A stretch of 64,000 nt of DNA from an uncultured cyanobacterium (GCA_963740315.1 CAVUDP010000002.1:512001-576000); one strand, 5' to 3'. Numbered from the stretch's first letter, positions 39,065 through 49,109 are shown. Translations and numbers: made by a program. Notes: generated by a model not told the origin, from the letters alone.

Positions 39065-40324
39065 ATGTATTTAGGCATAGATTTTGGAACTTCTGGCGCT
39101 AGGGGTGTGGCGATCGACTCTGCTGGGGATATAAGAGCGGAGGTACGATACCCTTTTGAGATGTCATCTGAGACGGATTTAATAAATTCTTGGCAAATTG
39201 CTTTATTTAGTCTCTTGGAGCAACTTAACAAGGGATTACGGCGCGAAATTACCCGCATTGCTATTAACGGTACTTCCTCCACTGTGTTGCTGTGCGATGC
39301 TGCGGGGAATCCTGTTGATGCACCTCTGCTGTATAACGATGCACGAGGAGCAACGATGAGAGAAAAATTAAAAGACATCGCACCGCCGAACCATACAGTA
39401 TTAAGCGCTACTTCCAGCTTGGTAAAATTATTGTGGATGATACAGTTACCAACTTTAACAAAAGCTAAATATTTTTTACATCAAGCAGATTGGTTGGGGT
39501 TTCTTTTACACGGCAAATTAGGTATCAGCGACTATCACAATGCTTTGAAGTTGGGTTATGACGTAGAAGCGTTGCAATATCCAGAATGGTTTGCCAAACT
39601 GCAAATCCCAATTGAATTACCACAAGTGACAATTCCAGGTAATGCGATCGCTCAATTGCGATCGGATATTGCTGCTAAATACAACTTTCCTAAAGACTGC
39701 TTAGTGTGTGCGGGTACGACAGATAGTATTGCAGCATTTCTCGCTAGTGGAGCTACTTCTCCTGGAGAAGCGGTGACATCTTTAGGTTCTACATTAGTTT
39801 TAAAACTGTTGAGTCGCACCCGCGTAGATAATTCTCAATACGGAATTTATAGCCATCGTTTCGGAGATTTATGGTTAACTGGAGGCGCTTCTAATACCGG
39901 AGGTGCAGTATTAAAAGAATATTTTACTAACAACGAATTAGAAAATCTTAGCCGTGAAATAGATTTAAGCAAACCTAGCGGATTGGATTATTACCCTTTA
40001 TTAAAACCGGGAGAACGTTTTCCAATTAATGACCCTAATTTACCACCTCAACTAGAACCGCGTCCCGATAATGATGTTAAATTTCTGCATGGTTTGTTAG
40101 AAAGTATGGCTCGAATTGAAGCGCGGGGATATAAGTTATTACAAGAATTTGGTGCAGATAAATTAACTCGCGTTTATACCGCTGGTGGTGGTGCCAAAAA
40201 TCAGGTTTGGAGTGAGATAAGAAAGCAAAATTTAGGAGTTTCGGTAGTTTCTTCTACAAATACAGAAGCTGCTTATGGTAGTGCTTTATTAGCGATGCAA
40301 GGTTTACCAAATATAAAAATGTAG
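39065..40324 (+). CDS. FGGY-family carbohydrate (D-ribulose/xylulose-like) kinase
   Basis: LGIDFGTSG, GTTDSIAAF, SLGSTL, GGASNTGG, AGGGAKN, EAAYGSA. Confidence 0.92.
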   Translation: MYLGIDFGTSGARGVAIDSAGDIRAEVRYPFEMSSETDLINSWQIALFSLLEQLNKGLRREITRIAINGTSSTVLLCDAAGNPVDAPLLYNDARGATMREKLKDIAPPNHTVLSATSSLVKLLWMIQLPTLTKAKYFLHQADWLGFLLHGKLGISDYHNALKLGYDVEALQYPEWFAKLQIPIELPQVTIPGNAIAQLRSDIAAKYNFPKDCLVCAGTTDSIAAFLASGATSPGEAVTSLGSTLVLKLLSRTRVDNSQYGIYSHRFGDLWLTGGASNTGGAVLKEYFTNNELENLSREIDLSKPSGLDYYPLLKPGERFPINDPNLPPQLEPRPDNDVKFLHGLLESMARIEARGYKLLQEFGADKLTRVYTAGGGAKNQVWSEIRKQNLGVSVVSSTNTEAAYGSALLAMQGLPNIKM

Positions 40325-40382
40325 AGACGCGATATATCGCGTCTCTTCTCTACATCTAAATTCATAGGCGGATTCAGCAACG

Positions 40383-40901
40383 TTAATATTTTAGAGGTAT
40401 TTTTAAGAATTTAGATATAATTTTCGCTATTTTAAAAGATTTTTCTGGTGTTGCGAAATAACCAATATCTATATACTTCTTAGATTTTAAATATAGTCTA
40501 ACTCGATAATTTTTATCGTCATCGCTGTGGAAACCAGTTCTTTTAATCCCGATGAATTTTAGATTTTTTAAATGATATTCAGCTATATATACTTTGCGAT
40601 TAAACAAATATCTATGTTTGTGAACTAACTTATTCAAATTAATATTAATTTCAAAATAATCAGATTCGCCAGTATTCAAACGAATTAAAAATATCCCAGG
40701 AATTATTAAAAGTAAAGTAAATAATATTAAACTCAGCTTGACTTTTAGACTATAAGAATCGGACAGAATCCAAAAAAATGCTGCTAAAATAAATAAATTG
40801 ATAATTAATAAACGAAAAGAGAATTTTCTGCGATTTCTTACCTGTTTTAAATCACTTAATACCAGCAGACTAACCGTCTTTTTTAGAACTTCCATTGACA
40901 A
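40383..40901 (-). CDS. Hypothetical membrane protein (2 TM)
   Basis: 172-aa AT-rich ORF with two hydrophobic helices and a basic soluble domain. Confidence 0.55.
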   Translation of the reverse strand: MSMEVLKKTVSLLVLSDLKQVRNRRKFSFRLLIINLFILAAFFWILSDSYSLKVKLSLILFTLLLIIPGIFLIRLNTGESDYFEININLNKLVHKHRYLFNRKVYIAEYHLKNLKFIGIKRTGFHSDDDKNYRVRLYLKSKKYIDIGYFATPEKSFKIAKIISKFLKIPLKY

Positions 40902-41209
40902 GTAGCCTGTTTCTACTCGTAAGTATTTCTCTTGAGTTATAAACTCAGCAACTATTACCTGTCAAAATAGTACCTAAAATTATACAGTTAATTTGATACT
41001 GGGAATACGTAAATAATAATTTTAACGAATATGAGCCAAAATTTACGTAAGCTCCATTAAATAACCAGCTTAAGAGTATTTTTCAAATTTAAGATAATAC
41101 ATTTGAGACTTACGTAAGCCCCCCAAATTAGCGGGGGGTTGGGGGATTTCAACCCTTGGGATACCGCCATTTTCCTATAGTTTGCATAAATTATATGCAC
41201 ACAATAATA

Positions 41210-42397
41210 TTAAGACAGGAGTAGCTTCAAAAACGTTTTACCTACTTTATCAATGTTGTCATCTAAAGAAAATGTTAGACTTCTAACTCTGATATTTCCA
41301 ACTAATTCATTCAAAGGATGAGTTAATGGAGTTGGATAAATCAAAATAACTTCCGAGCAATTTTTAGAAACAGCATAAGCAACTACTTGGGCTACATCAT
41401 CAGCCGATGGGCTATCAGGAGTCTTGTATTTTGTATCGAGAATATAACGAGGTTTGGCGGTTGAAATATCGTATAGCAGTAAGTCTATTTTAAAATGTAG
41501 ATATTTCGCTATATTGACTCTTTCTTGAGATTTCATAATTAAGTTTGAAGGTAAGTGTACCTTTAGCCACTCAGCGATAAAGAGTTCATATAAACTTGCC
41601 ATATTGACAAGAAAAGGTAACATTTTAAAATTACCATTTTTATAAACTGGAGTAGTATTTTCTAAAAAGAACCTGCATAAATAGTGTAATAAACTATAAT
41701 CTTGATTTGAGCGCTTATAATTTAGCCTCAAACAATCTTCTGAGCTAAAAGGCTGTAGCGTTACTAATGGTTGCAAAGTATGATAAGCTTTTCGGATAAT
41801 AGTTGATACTTTTTGAGAACATAAGCTACTACGACTAATTAGAAAAAGTGTCCATAGAAGAATTTGATTCTCTTTTATATCAGCCGTTCGTTCTTGATAA
41901 TGACATAATGGTTTAACATTCCACGGCTTTTTTATTGTTTCTAATACATCTAGTCTTCCTCGCACGTAGGCAAGTTGCTGTGTTTTAGACAAGTAAGAAC
42001 AATATAAACCTTTACGAACACGTTCTAAAATAAGTTGAGCTAATATATAAGCTAAATTATTATAAAAACCCTCTAAAGAATCACAGTTCATTAATCCTTC
42101 AAGACAACGAAAAGACTTGAGGTTGTAAGCATATTCCAGCATTACAAAGAGATTTTTTATCGATACTTTTGGGTTTATCTTTAGAGCAAGTTTATGAGTT
42201 AAAGGTATATAACCTACCCATCCTTTAGCTTTTAGCTGCCATTTATCATCAGTCTTGTAGTTGGGAAATTCTATATCTATTTGTTTTTTGTATTTTTCAT
42301 ATAATTCTATTCCTACTGATTCAGATATTTCGTTAGTTTGTAATAATTTTTTTGTGTATTCAGTAAGTTCAATAATTACAGTTTTGTCTAAATTCAT
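41210..42397 (-). CDS. mcrC: McrC-family PD-(D/E)XK nuclease subunit
   Basis: WVGYIP, INPKV...NLF.MLEYAY, VRGRLD, NMASLYELFI, KIDLLL...ILDTKYK...DVAQVVAYA. Confidence 0.9.
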   Translation of the reverse strand: MNLDKTVIIELTEYTKKLLQTNEISESVGIELYEKYKKQIDIEFPNYKTDDKWQLKAKGWVGYIPLTHKLALKINPKVSIKNLFVMLEYAYNLKSFRCLEGLMNCDSLEGFYNNLAYILAQLILERVRKGLYCSYLSKTQQLAYVRGRLDVLETIKKPWNVKPLCHYQERTADIKENQILLWTLFLISRSSLCSQKVSTIIRKAYHTLQPLVTLQPFSSEDCLRLNYKRSNQDYSLLHYLCRFFLENTTPVYKNGNFKMLPFLVNMASLYELFIAEWLKVHLPSNLIMKSQERVNIAKYLHFKIDLLLYDISTAKPRYILDTKYKTPDSPSADDVAQVVAYAVSKNCSEVILIYPTPLTHPLNELVGNIRVRSLTFSLDDNIDKVGKTFLKLLLS

Positions 42398-42467
42398 TAT
42401 CGGAAGATTTAGTTAAAGTCCGAACCTATTTATAGATGAGGTTATAAAAATACTTATTAGATATACT

Positions 42468-44075
42468 TTATTGAAATAACTGTAATTTATTCCAGCGAAA
42501 TTGATCTACCGTCTCAAGCTGATTAAAGAAATATTCTTCTAAATAAGGCTCAATTTCCATACGCCAAATATCTTCAATATCATCAAGAAGATTATCTGTT
42601 ATAAAAAATGAAATCCCAATTTCATAATTTTTATCGCTAATTACTTGATTTATTCTTTGTAAAACATCAATTAATTTATCTATAGGAAAGTCAATATCAG
42701 CGTACCTTTTCCTTAGTATTTGATAATTTGGACGTAGTTCGATAAATGCAAAACGGCGACGAAGTGCATAATCAAATTCAGCAATCGATCTATCTGCTGT
42801 GTTCATAGTACCGATAATTCTGACATTTTCGGGTATACGAAAAGTATTTCCAGCAGCAAGAGGAATTTCTTTATTGCGATACTCCAGCAGATACATCAAC
42901 TCACCAAAAACTTGGGCAATATTCGCACGGTTTATTTCATCAATTATGAAAGTACAAATACCTTCACGAGTTTCTGCTTGATGACAAAATTTGATAAAAC
43001 AACCTGGAAGAAGAGGATATGTTAATTTTCCGTTTTTACTTTGGGGACGAATCCCTTGAATAAAGTCTTCGTAGGTATATGCTGGATGAAATTGCACTAA
43101 CTCTGAGAATCCATCACCACCGCTAATTAAAAGTTTGGCAATTTTTTCTGCAATAAATGTTTTTCCCGTTCCTGGAGAACCGTATATAATAGCTTGTTTT
43201 TTACGGTGAATTGAGCGTATCCAACTTTGTAATTTAATTTCACTAATTCCAGTATCTTCAGCACATTTAGATAAAGTATATTCTGTTTGTAATTCTATAC
43301 TATTAATATTTAAATCATTATCTTTATATTTATCATTCGATGGAGCCTTCTCATGATAAAAGGGATCTTTTTTAATCGCTACTAACCAGTGAGAAAACAT
43401 ATCAAATAAGTCATCATCTCTTAAAGCTGGTACACCTGATTGATGCATATACTCGCATAATTCTCCAATCAGTTCGTGCCCAGTACTATTTAAAGCAGGA
43501 TAATCAATAAGTTTGCTAGTATAAGCAGTATTCGCAAAATAATTTATAACTTTTCTAGATTTATTGGTAACTAATAAAAATTTATCTGGCTGTAGTGCGT
43601 TAAGAATAGGTGTAATTATTTCTATTCGGAAGCTTTTAGAATGAGGTAATTGAGTAAATTCCGTACAAGCCGCTGATAATTCCTTTGGATTTGCATTGCA
43701 GCGACGAACAAAATGAAAAAAACTTAATCCTATTTGCTTCCAGTCTTTTGGAACTGTAATTTTTACTTTTTCAAGCCATTCTTTTATGTCCTTTATAGCT
43801 GGATAGGTATAAATCCAAGCTTCTAAATGGCGATTATTTATATTTTCACTATAAGGTAATAGCTGTAGCAGAATAGACTCAGTTACATCTTCCCCCGAAT
43901 CCGCTTTTTTAGCGTTCAGCCGAACGGCTGCGTCTATCGCCCTAAAGTTACGATATCCAATTTCACGCTGTTGAGCGTAAGCTGCGGTATGGGTTATTCC
44001 ATGAGATGTATTAGGATAGGAATTAGCAAATTCTTGAAAAAGTCGGATAAATTCATCTATCTTAGTCGCAATCAT
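42468..44075 (-). CDS. mcrB: McrB-family AAA+ GTPase with an uncharacterised N-terminal domain
   Basis: GSPGTGKT, VQFHPAYTYEDF, IIDEINRAN, FGEL, MNTADRS (McrB NxxD signature), ALRRRF. Confidence 0.93.
   Translation of the reverse strand: MIATKIDEFIRLFQEFANSYPNTSHGITHTAAYAQQREIGYRNFRAIDAAVRLNAKKADSGEDVTESILLQLLPYSENINNRHLEAWIYTYPAIKDIKEWLEKVKITVPKDWKQIGLSFFHFVRRCNANPKELSAACTEFTQLPHSKSFRIEIITPILNALQPDKFLLVTNKSRKVINYFANTAYTSKLIDYPALNSTGHELIGELCEYMHQSGVPALRDDDLFDMFSHWLVAIKKDPFYHEKAPSNDKYKDNDLNINSIELQTEYTLSKCAEDTGISEIKLQSWIRSIHRKKQAIIYGSPGTGKTFIAEKIAKLLISGGDGFSELVQFHPAYTYEDFIQGIRPQSKNGKLTYPLLPGCFIKFCHQAETREGICTFIIDEINRANIAQVFGELMYLLEYRNKEIPLAAGNTFRIPENVRIIGTMNTADRSIAEFDYALRRRFAFIELRPNYQILRKRYADIDFPIDKLIDVLQRINQVISDKNYEIGISFFITDNLLDDIEDIWRMEIEPYLEEYFFNQLETVDQFRWNKLQLFQ
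43915..43935. mobile_element. 21-nt small dispersed repeat inserted in-frame into a HIP1 site within mcrB
   Basis: GCG[TTCAGCCGAACGGCTGCGTCT]ATCGC with a CAGCCG-AA-CGGCTG hairpin; removal restores GCGATCGC and the peptide RAIAKK. Confidence 0.75.
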
Positions 44076-44102
44076 TTTTACAAAAAATTACAGTATATTT
44101 AA

Positions 44103-44537
44103 TTACATAAAAAATTTAAACTCTTGTTCTTTTAAGTATCGATAACTTTGTGGAGGTGTAAATGAGGGTATTTTTTTTCTTAAATTTTCTAAATTAATTG
44201 AAACATCAAATTTTTTTGGATTTCTCAAAAAGATTCCTACAAAAAACGAAGCACCTTCATAATATTTATAAAAATCTTTAGAGGTTATACCAGCCTTTTC
44301 ATGAACAAGATTCCAATAAGTTTTAATATTTTCTTGTAAATCTATCTTTTCTTGAATAATATTTTCTACTTCAAATAACCCCACCAAAGCTTTTGTAGGT
44401 GATGAAACATATACAAGAACGATATCATCTATAATTAGTCGAGTACGTACACGACGCAACTCAACTGTTTTTTGACCTGAAAAAATCTTTGATGCATATT
44501 CAGGTTTTATTGATAATAATAATATATTTGCAGGCAT
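44103..44537 (-). CDS. ASCH (PUA-superfamily) domain protein
   Basis: LLSIKPEYASKIFSGQKTVELRR (GxKxxExR), VYVSSP, PPQSYRYL; ATG at 44537 is the likelier start. Confidence 0.88.
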   Translation of the reverse strand: MPANILLLSIKPEYASKIFSGQKTVELRRVRTRLIIDDIVLVYVSSPTKALVGLFEVENIIQEKIDLQENIKTYWNLVHEKAGITSKDFYKYYEGASFFVGIFLRNPKKFDVSINLENLRKKIPSFTPPQSYRYLKEQEFKFFM

Positions 44538-44550
44538 TTTTCTGCTGTTT

Positions 44551-46653
44551 TTATAATTCTTTTTCGGAACCGAGATTATATAATTGATGAAAAGCATTAT
44601 TGTCAATTTTACATAGTGACTGAAATGTTATTTTTGGATTATTTAAGATTTTTTGAATCGTTTTGAGTTCTATCTTGTTTAATAGCTCAGTATAACCAAA
44701 ACGAATAGCCATGATATTTCCATCTTTATCTTTATTGATACATGATAAATCGCTTAATTTATAAACACCTAAACGCTGAAAAATTTGAAAAAGATTTTCT
44801 GGTTTATCAATCATCACTTCATCAACTAAAGAGCAGGCTCGAATCGCTCCAACATGAACATAACTTGGGTTTTGACTAACATACCAAAGAATTCTGAAAG
44901 GTGCTTTGATTCTTCCAGAAGTTTTCGCTGAACGATAGTAAACTGCTTCCTTATTAAAAGCAAGTTCGTTTTTAGCTCCAAATAGAAATAAATGTTGATT
45001 TGCTAACCCTTCATCAAATAAATCCTTTGCCCATCTAGGTTGAATGGGAACGATAAAGGTTGGAATTTCAGCATCAATAATCTTTGCAGGAAATAAAAAC
45101 CTTTCAATATTTGCTCCCAACTGAACATCTTGGATAAAATTGTCTTTATTAATACTATTCGCCAATTCCAGAGATAAATGATACTCTTTTTTCAAGCTAT
45201 TTTCTATCTTTTTAAGCCGCTTTGATAGTTGAGATGCAGTCTCCATAACTGCTAAATTTATTTTGAAAAAGTCGTTATTAACTCGGATAAATCTATGTGA
45301 CTCAATAGCTTTATAAACTGTATCTTGTAAGCAAGAGTCATTAATTATTGTAAAATCCCGACCTTCACGAGCCGAACGTAATACTGATTTAAAAATTAGA
45401 TGTTGTACAAGAGTTGCTGATAAAGGATTATTACTAACGCGGATTATAGGTATTTCTAATTCATAATTATTATGTCTACCATAAACTATTAAAGCTAGCG
45501 GTTTGTCTTCTTTTTCAATAACTTTAAAACATTCAAAATCTTCAGGATAGGTAAGAAAACGCCGTAACTTCTGTTGAAATTGTGCCTTTGTTTCATCCTT
45601 TTCGGAGCAGTAAAAATAATTAGTTATTGTTTCTTCTTCTCCTTTTTTTACTGGCACTTGCTCCAATGAAGTTCCAGCTAACCGTATGGGTTGATATTCA
45701 GGATTTCGACCTAGTTCGTTTAATTGAATGATTAAGTTGATTGGTCGAATAACTGATAATTTAAAATTTTCATAAATTTCATTAGCGATATCTAATAATC
45801 GTGAGTTTCTAGTCACAAATATATTAGAATCTGAAGCAATAGCCCTAGCAAAATGATGAATGTCGATTTCTGATTTTAGTATGCCTTTTTGAGACAGAAA
45901 AGTTTTTAATTTTTCTTGATAATTGCCTAGCTTTCCTGACTGGCAAGTTAAAACAGTAAACTGCTGATTTTGGGCAAATTGGCGATGAAGTTTTCGTTCT
46001 TCGTCACTATTAATATTATTAATCTGAATAAATATTCCATCAGTTATACATAACTCTAATTCTGGTTCTAACCAATCAGCTAATAGCAGCTTTGATTCAT
46101 TCTTATCCAAATATTCATCATCATCAGCATATAAATCTAAAAAAACTCGATCGTCAATTACAACACAAAGTTTTGATTCAAGTTTTTGAATTGGAGCAAT
46201 AGAAAATAGATTGGGATGACCATAATCGTACCACCAATAAGTTAGCATTTTTCCATCTTTTCCCCTACCTGGTTTCTCCCATTTAGGAATAAAACCATTA
46301 CCAGACCACATATTGTCCAATCCGTAATCATTGCGACAGCTTAAACCTATACCTTCATATTTATCTTGAGTAATTTTTTTGAGTTTATCGATCAGCTTTT
46401 TGGTAATACCTTTACCTCTATGTGACGGTGCTATGCAAAGATGAACAATAGTAATACGGTTGTAAGATGTGCGAAATAATAGATAGCCAGCAAACTCGGC
46501 TTCAGAATCAATAGCTATGAGTATTTCCTGCTTTTTCGCTGATTCTGTAAAAGCTTTGTCGGGTAAGAAACCAAGAGTTTTACGATTTTTATCTCCCAAT
46601 CGTATTACTTCTTGTAGATATGGGGATTTATCATCAATAGATTGAATTTTCAA
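44551..46653 (-). CDS. Multidomain GNAT acetyltransferase + PIN-like + second GNAT-like + PUA/EVE-like protein
   Basis: GNAT motif A HLCIAPSHRGKGITKKLI; PIN-like VVIDDRVF...DIHHFARAI...FVTRN..LL; C-terminal IVPIQPRWAKDLF...VYYRS...RILWYVS...AIRF; TTG start with an upstream GGGG RBS-like run. Confidence 0.8.
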   Translation of the reverse strand: MKIQSIDDKSPYLQEVIRLGDKNRKTLGFLPDKAFTESAKKQEILIAIDSEAEFAGYLLFRTSYNRITIVHLCIAPSHRGKGITKKLIDKLKKITQDKYEGIGLSCRNDYGLDNMWSGNGFIPKWEKPGRGKDGKMLTYWWYDYGHPNLFSIAPIQKLESKLCVVIDDRVFLDLYADDDEYLDKNESKLLLADWLEPELELCITDGIFIQINNINSDEERKLHRQFAQNQQFTVLTCQSGKLGNYQEKLKTFLSQKGILKSEIDIHHFARAIASDSNIFVTRNSRLLDIANEIYENFKLSVIRPINLIIQLNELGRNPEYQPIRLAGTSLEQVPVKKGEEETITNYFYCSEKDETKAQFQQKLRRFLTYPEDFECFKVIEKEDKPLALIVYGRHNNYELEIPIIRVSNNPLSATLVQHLIFKSVLRSAREGRDFTIINDSCLQDTVYKAIESHRFIRVNNDFFKINLAVMETASQLSKRLKKIENSLKKEYHLSLELANSINKDNFIQDVQLGANIERFLFPAKIIDAEIPTFIVPIQPRWAKDLFDEGLANQHLFLFGAKNELAFNKEAVYYRSAKTSGRIKAPFRILWYVSQNPSYVHVGAIRACSLVDEVMIDKPENLFQIFQRLGVYKLSDLSCINKDKDGNIMAIRFGYTELLNKIELKTIQKILNNPKITFQSLCKIDNNAFHQLYNLGSEKEL

Positions 46654-46804
46654 TTAGTCTTACCCCTAGATAAACAAATGAGAATTATTTTAAAAGGATT
46701 TTATACAAATAAAACTTGTACTAGCACATTGAAACCATGCTTAGTACATATGTCCCTAGATTTATAGTTTGAAGGTATTTATGCAATTTGGCAAGAGGTT
46801 TACC

Positions 46805-47740
46805 TCAATCACTAACCTCCTCCCCCAAACACCTCAACCCCAACAAACCCGCACCATAAACAGCTTCAAACCTCGGAAAAACCACGTTAATCTCAGTATT
46901 AATACAACTTACAAACCTCTCCCACATCTTGCATTTACTTTTCCAAACGCTTCCAGTAGTAACAATCTCAAAAAAATCCCCTTCAACAAAAATCTCATCA
47001 ATAACTGTTACCGTAGCTTTCACCAACTCATTCACAGCATCATCAATTATCTTATTTGCGACTTCATCACCTTCAACAGCTGCATTATCAACAATTGGAG
47101 CTAAAGCAGCGATTTCCTTTACACCCAATCCTTTTCTATAAATTATTTCTATTAATTCTTCTATATTGTTTAAACCAAGATGATTTTGAAAATCTTTTAC
47201 TAAACTTGTAGAAATTCCTCGTCCATCGTAAGCTTTTAAAGCTGCTTGCATTCCCGCAACTGCAATTTTATAAGCTCCACCTTCATCACCTAAAATATAT
47301 CCCCAACCACCGACTCTTTTAGTTTCTCCTCGATGATTTCTACCGAAAACTATGGAACCAGTTCCCGCAGCAACAACAATTCCGACATCATTACCAATTC
47401 CACCTACCAAAGCAATTAATGCATCGTGAGAAATAATTATATTTTGCGAATTTATATTGCTAATTGTGGGTATATCTTTAATTATTTTTCTGACTACTTC
47501 GATATCTTTTGCACGTCCAACACCAGCTAAACCCAAACAAATCGCATCAATTTTTATCTTATCCGTTGTTGTTATTGCTTTATTAATAGCAGATTCAATA
47601 GAATATTTTGCAGCTTCAATTCCCACACTTTGATAATTTGAAGAACCAGCTTCACCGCGTCCTAAAATTTCACGTCGATCGCTCATCAATACGCAAACTG
47701 TTTTACTTCCACCGCCATCTATTCCTAAAACATAAACCAT
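46805..47740 (-). CDS. BadF/BadG-type N-acetylglucosamine/N-acetylmuramic acid kinase
   Basis: LGIDGGGSKT, AGTGSI, RVGGWGYILGDEG; directly downstream of the AmpG-like permease. Confidence 0.88.
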   Translation of the reverse strand: MVYVLGIDGGGSKTVCVLMSDRREILGRGEAGSSNYQSVGIEAAKYSIESAINKAITTTDKIKIDAICLGLAGVGRAKDIEVVRKIIKDIPTISNINSQNIIISHDALIALVGGIGNDVGIVVAAGTGSIVFGRNHRGETKRVGGWGYILGDEGGAYKIAVAGMQAALKAYDGRGISTSLVKDFQNHLGLNNIEELIEIIYRKGLGVKEIAALAPIVDNAAVEGDEVANKIIDDAVNELVKATVTVIDEIFVEGDFFEIVTTGSVWKSKCKMWERFVSCINTEINVVFPRFEAVYGAGLLGLRCLGEEVSD

Positions 47741-47819
47741 AGAATTTTAGATTTTAGGTTCGTAGTAAGGACTTTAGTCCTTTCTTTACGAGGGAACCAA
47801 TGCCCTTACTACAAACTTT

Positions 47820-49109
47820 TTAAGCTCGATCTGCTTCTTCATCCAAAGGAATAAAAAAGATAGTCGCCATACCAGGAATAGTTAATAAACAAACGATAAC
47901 AAAAAAGACTGGATATCCAACTGATTGTTGAATTTGACCGCTAATTGCACCGGGAAGCATCAAACCTAATGCCATTAATCCTGTAGAGATGGCGAAGTGC
48001 GAGGTTTTATATTCGCCTTTGCAAATGTACATTAAATATACGGTAAAAGCTGTAAATCCCAAACCGTAACCGAATTGTTCTAAGGAAACTAAAGGATAAA
48101 CTAATTCTATCGGTGGTTTAGCATAAGCCATGTAAACATAAAATAAGTCGGGTAAATTCAACGCTAAAGCCATTGGCAGCAAGCATTTTTTTAAACCGTA
48201 TTTAGCAATTACTAATCCACCTAAAATACCGCCGCTAATTAACGAAATTACACCAACTGTTCCGTATACTAAACCGAATTCCGATGTAGTCAAACCCAAA
48301 CCACCAGCAGTTCTTTCATCCAATAAAAATAAAGTGGCTATTTTTACTAACATCGCTTCACCCAATCTATAGAGCAAGATAAATGCTAAAATAGCGATGA
48401 TATTACGTTGAGCAAAATACGAGCGAATTACCGTTACAAAAGGGATATCATTTCTTGTAGATTCAGATTCTCTTCTCTGTTTTACTTCCGGTTGTGGCAG
48501 AATAAATAGATGAAATATAAAAAGTATTGCAAAAATTAAAGATGCGAATCCAATGGTAATACTCCAACTTAAAGGAATATTTTCGGTAGACTTTTCTAAA
48601 CTTCCTGCTAAATATACTAAAAATCCCGTACTAAATATAATTGCTAGTCTATAGGATAGGGTACGAATCCCCACAAAAAAAGCTTGTTTCTTTTCACTTA
48701 ATGCCAACATATAAAAACCATCTGTGGCAATATCATAAGTGGCAGAAATAAATGCCCCAACTAATAGTATTACTAAGGAAAGAGAAAAGAAACTTGATGT
48801 GGGCAGTTGAAAAGATAAAGCTAATGCAGCTAAACATAAGCACATAGCAAACTGCATGGTTAGCAGCCATCTTCTTTTTGTAGAATAAATATCTACTGCT
48901 GGTCCCCAAAACATTTTGACTACCCAAGGAAGGTTAATTATGCTCGTCCAAAATGTAATTTGAGCGTTATCAATTCCTAAATTTTTATAAAAAACTACCG
49001 ATACCGCATTAATAATCATGTACGGCATCCCTTCAGCAAAATAAAGGCTGGGAATATAAGCCCAAGGCGAAATAAATTTATTTTGCGGTTTATCAGTTTG
49101 AATTGTCAT
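47820..49109 (-). CDS. ampG: AmpG-like MFS muropeptide permease
   Basis: LYFAEGMP, LPWVVK.FWGP.VD, SATYDIATDGFY, YRLGE, TSHFAISTG. Confidence 0.8.
   Translation of the reverse strand: MTIQTDKPQNKFISPWAYIPSLYFAEGMPYMIINAVSVVFYKNLGIDNAQITFWTSIINLPWVVKMFWGPAVDIYSTKRRWLLTMQFAMCLCLAALALSFQLPTSSFFSLSLVILLVGAFISATYDIATDGFYMLALSEKKQAFFVGIRTLSYRLAIIFSTGFLVYLAGSLEKSTENIPLSWSITIGFASLIFAILFIFHLFILPQPEVKQRRESESTRNDIPFVTVIRSYFAQRNIIAILAFILLYRLGEAMLVKIATLFLLDERTAGGLGLTTSEFGLVYGTVGVISLISGGILGGLVIAKYGLKKCLLPMALALNLPDLFYVYMAYAKPPIELVYPLVSLEQFGYGLGFTAFTVYLMYICKGEYKTSHFAISTGLMALGLMLPGAISGQIQQSVGYPVFFVIVCLLTIPGMATIFFIPLDEEADRA

Noticed and set aside
44538..44606. N-terminal extension of the ASCH ORF given in the track
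   Set aside because: It overlaps the upstream gene; the ASCH fold starts at MPANILLLSIKP (ATG at 44537).
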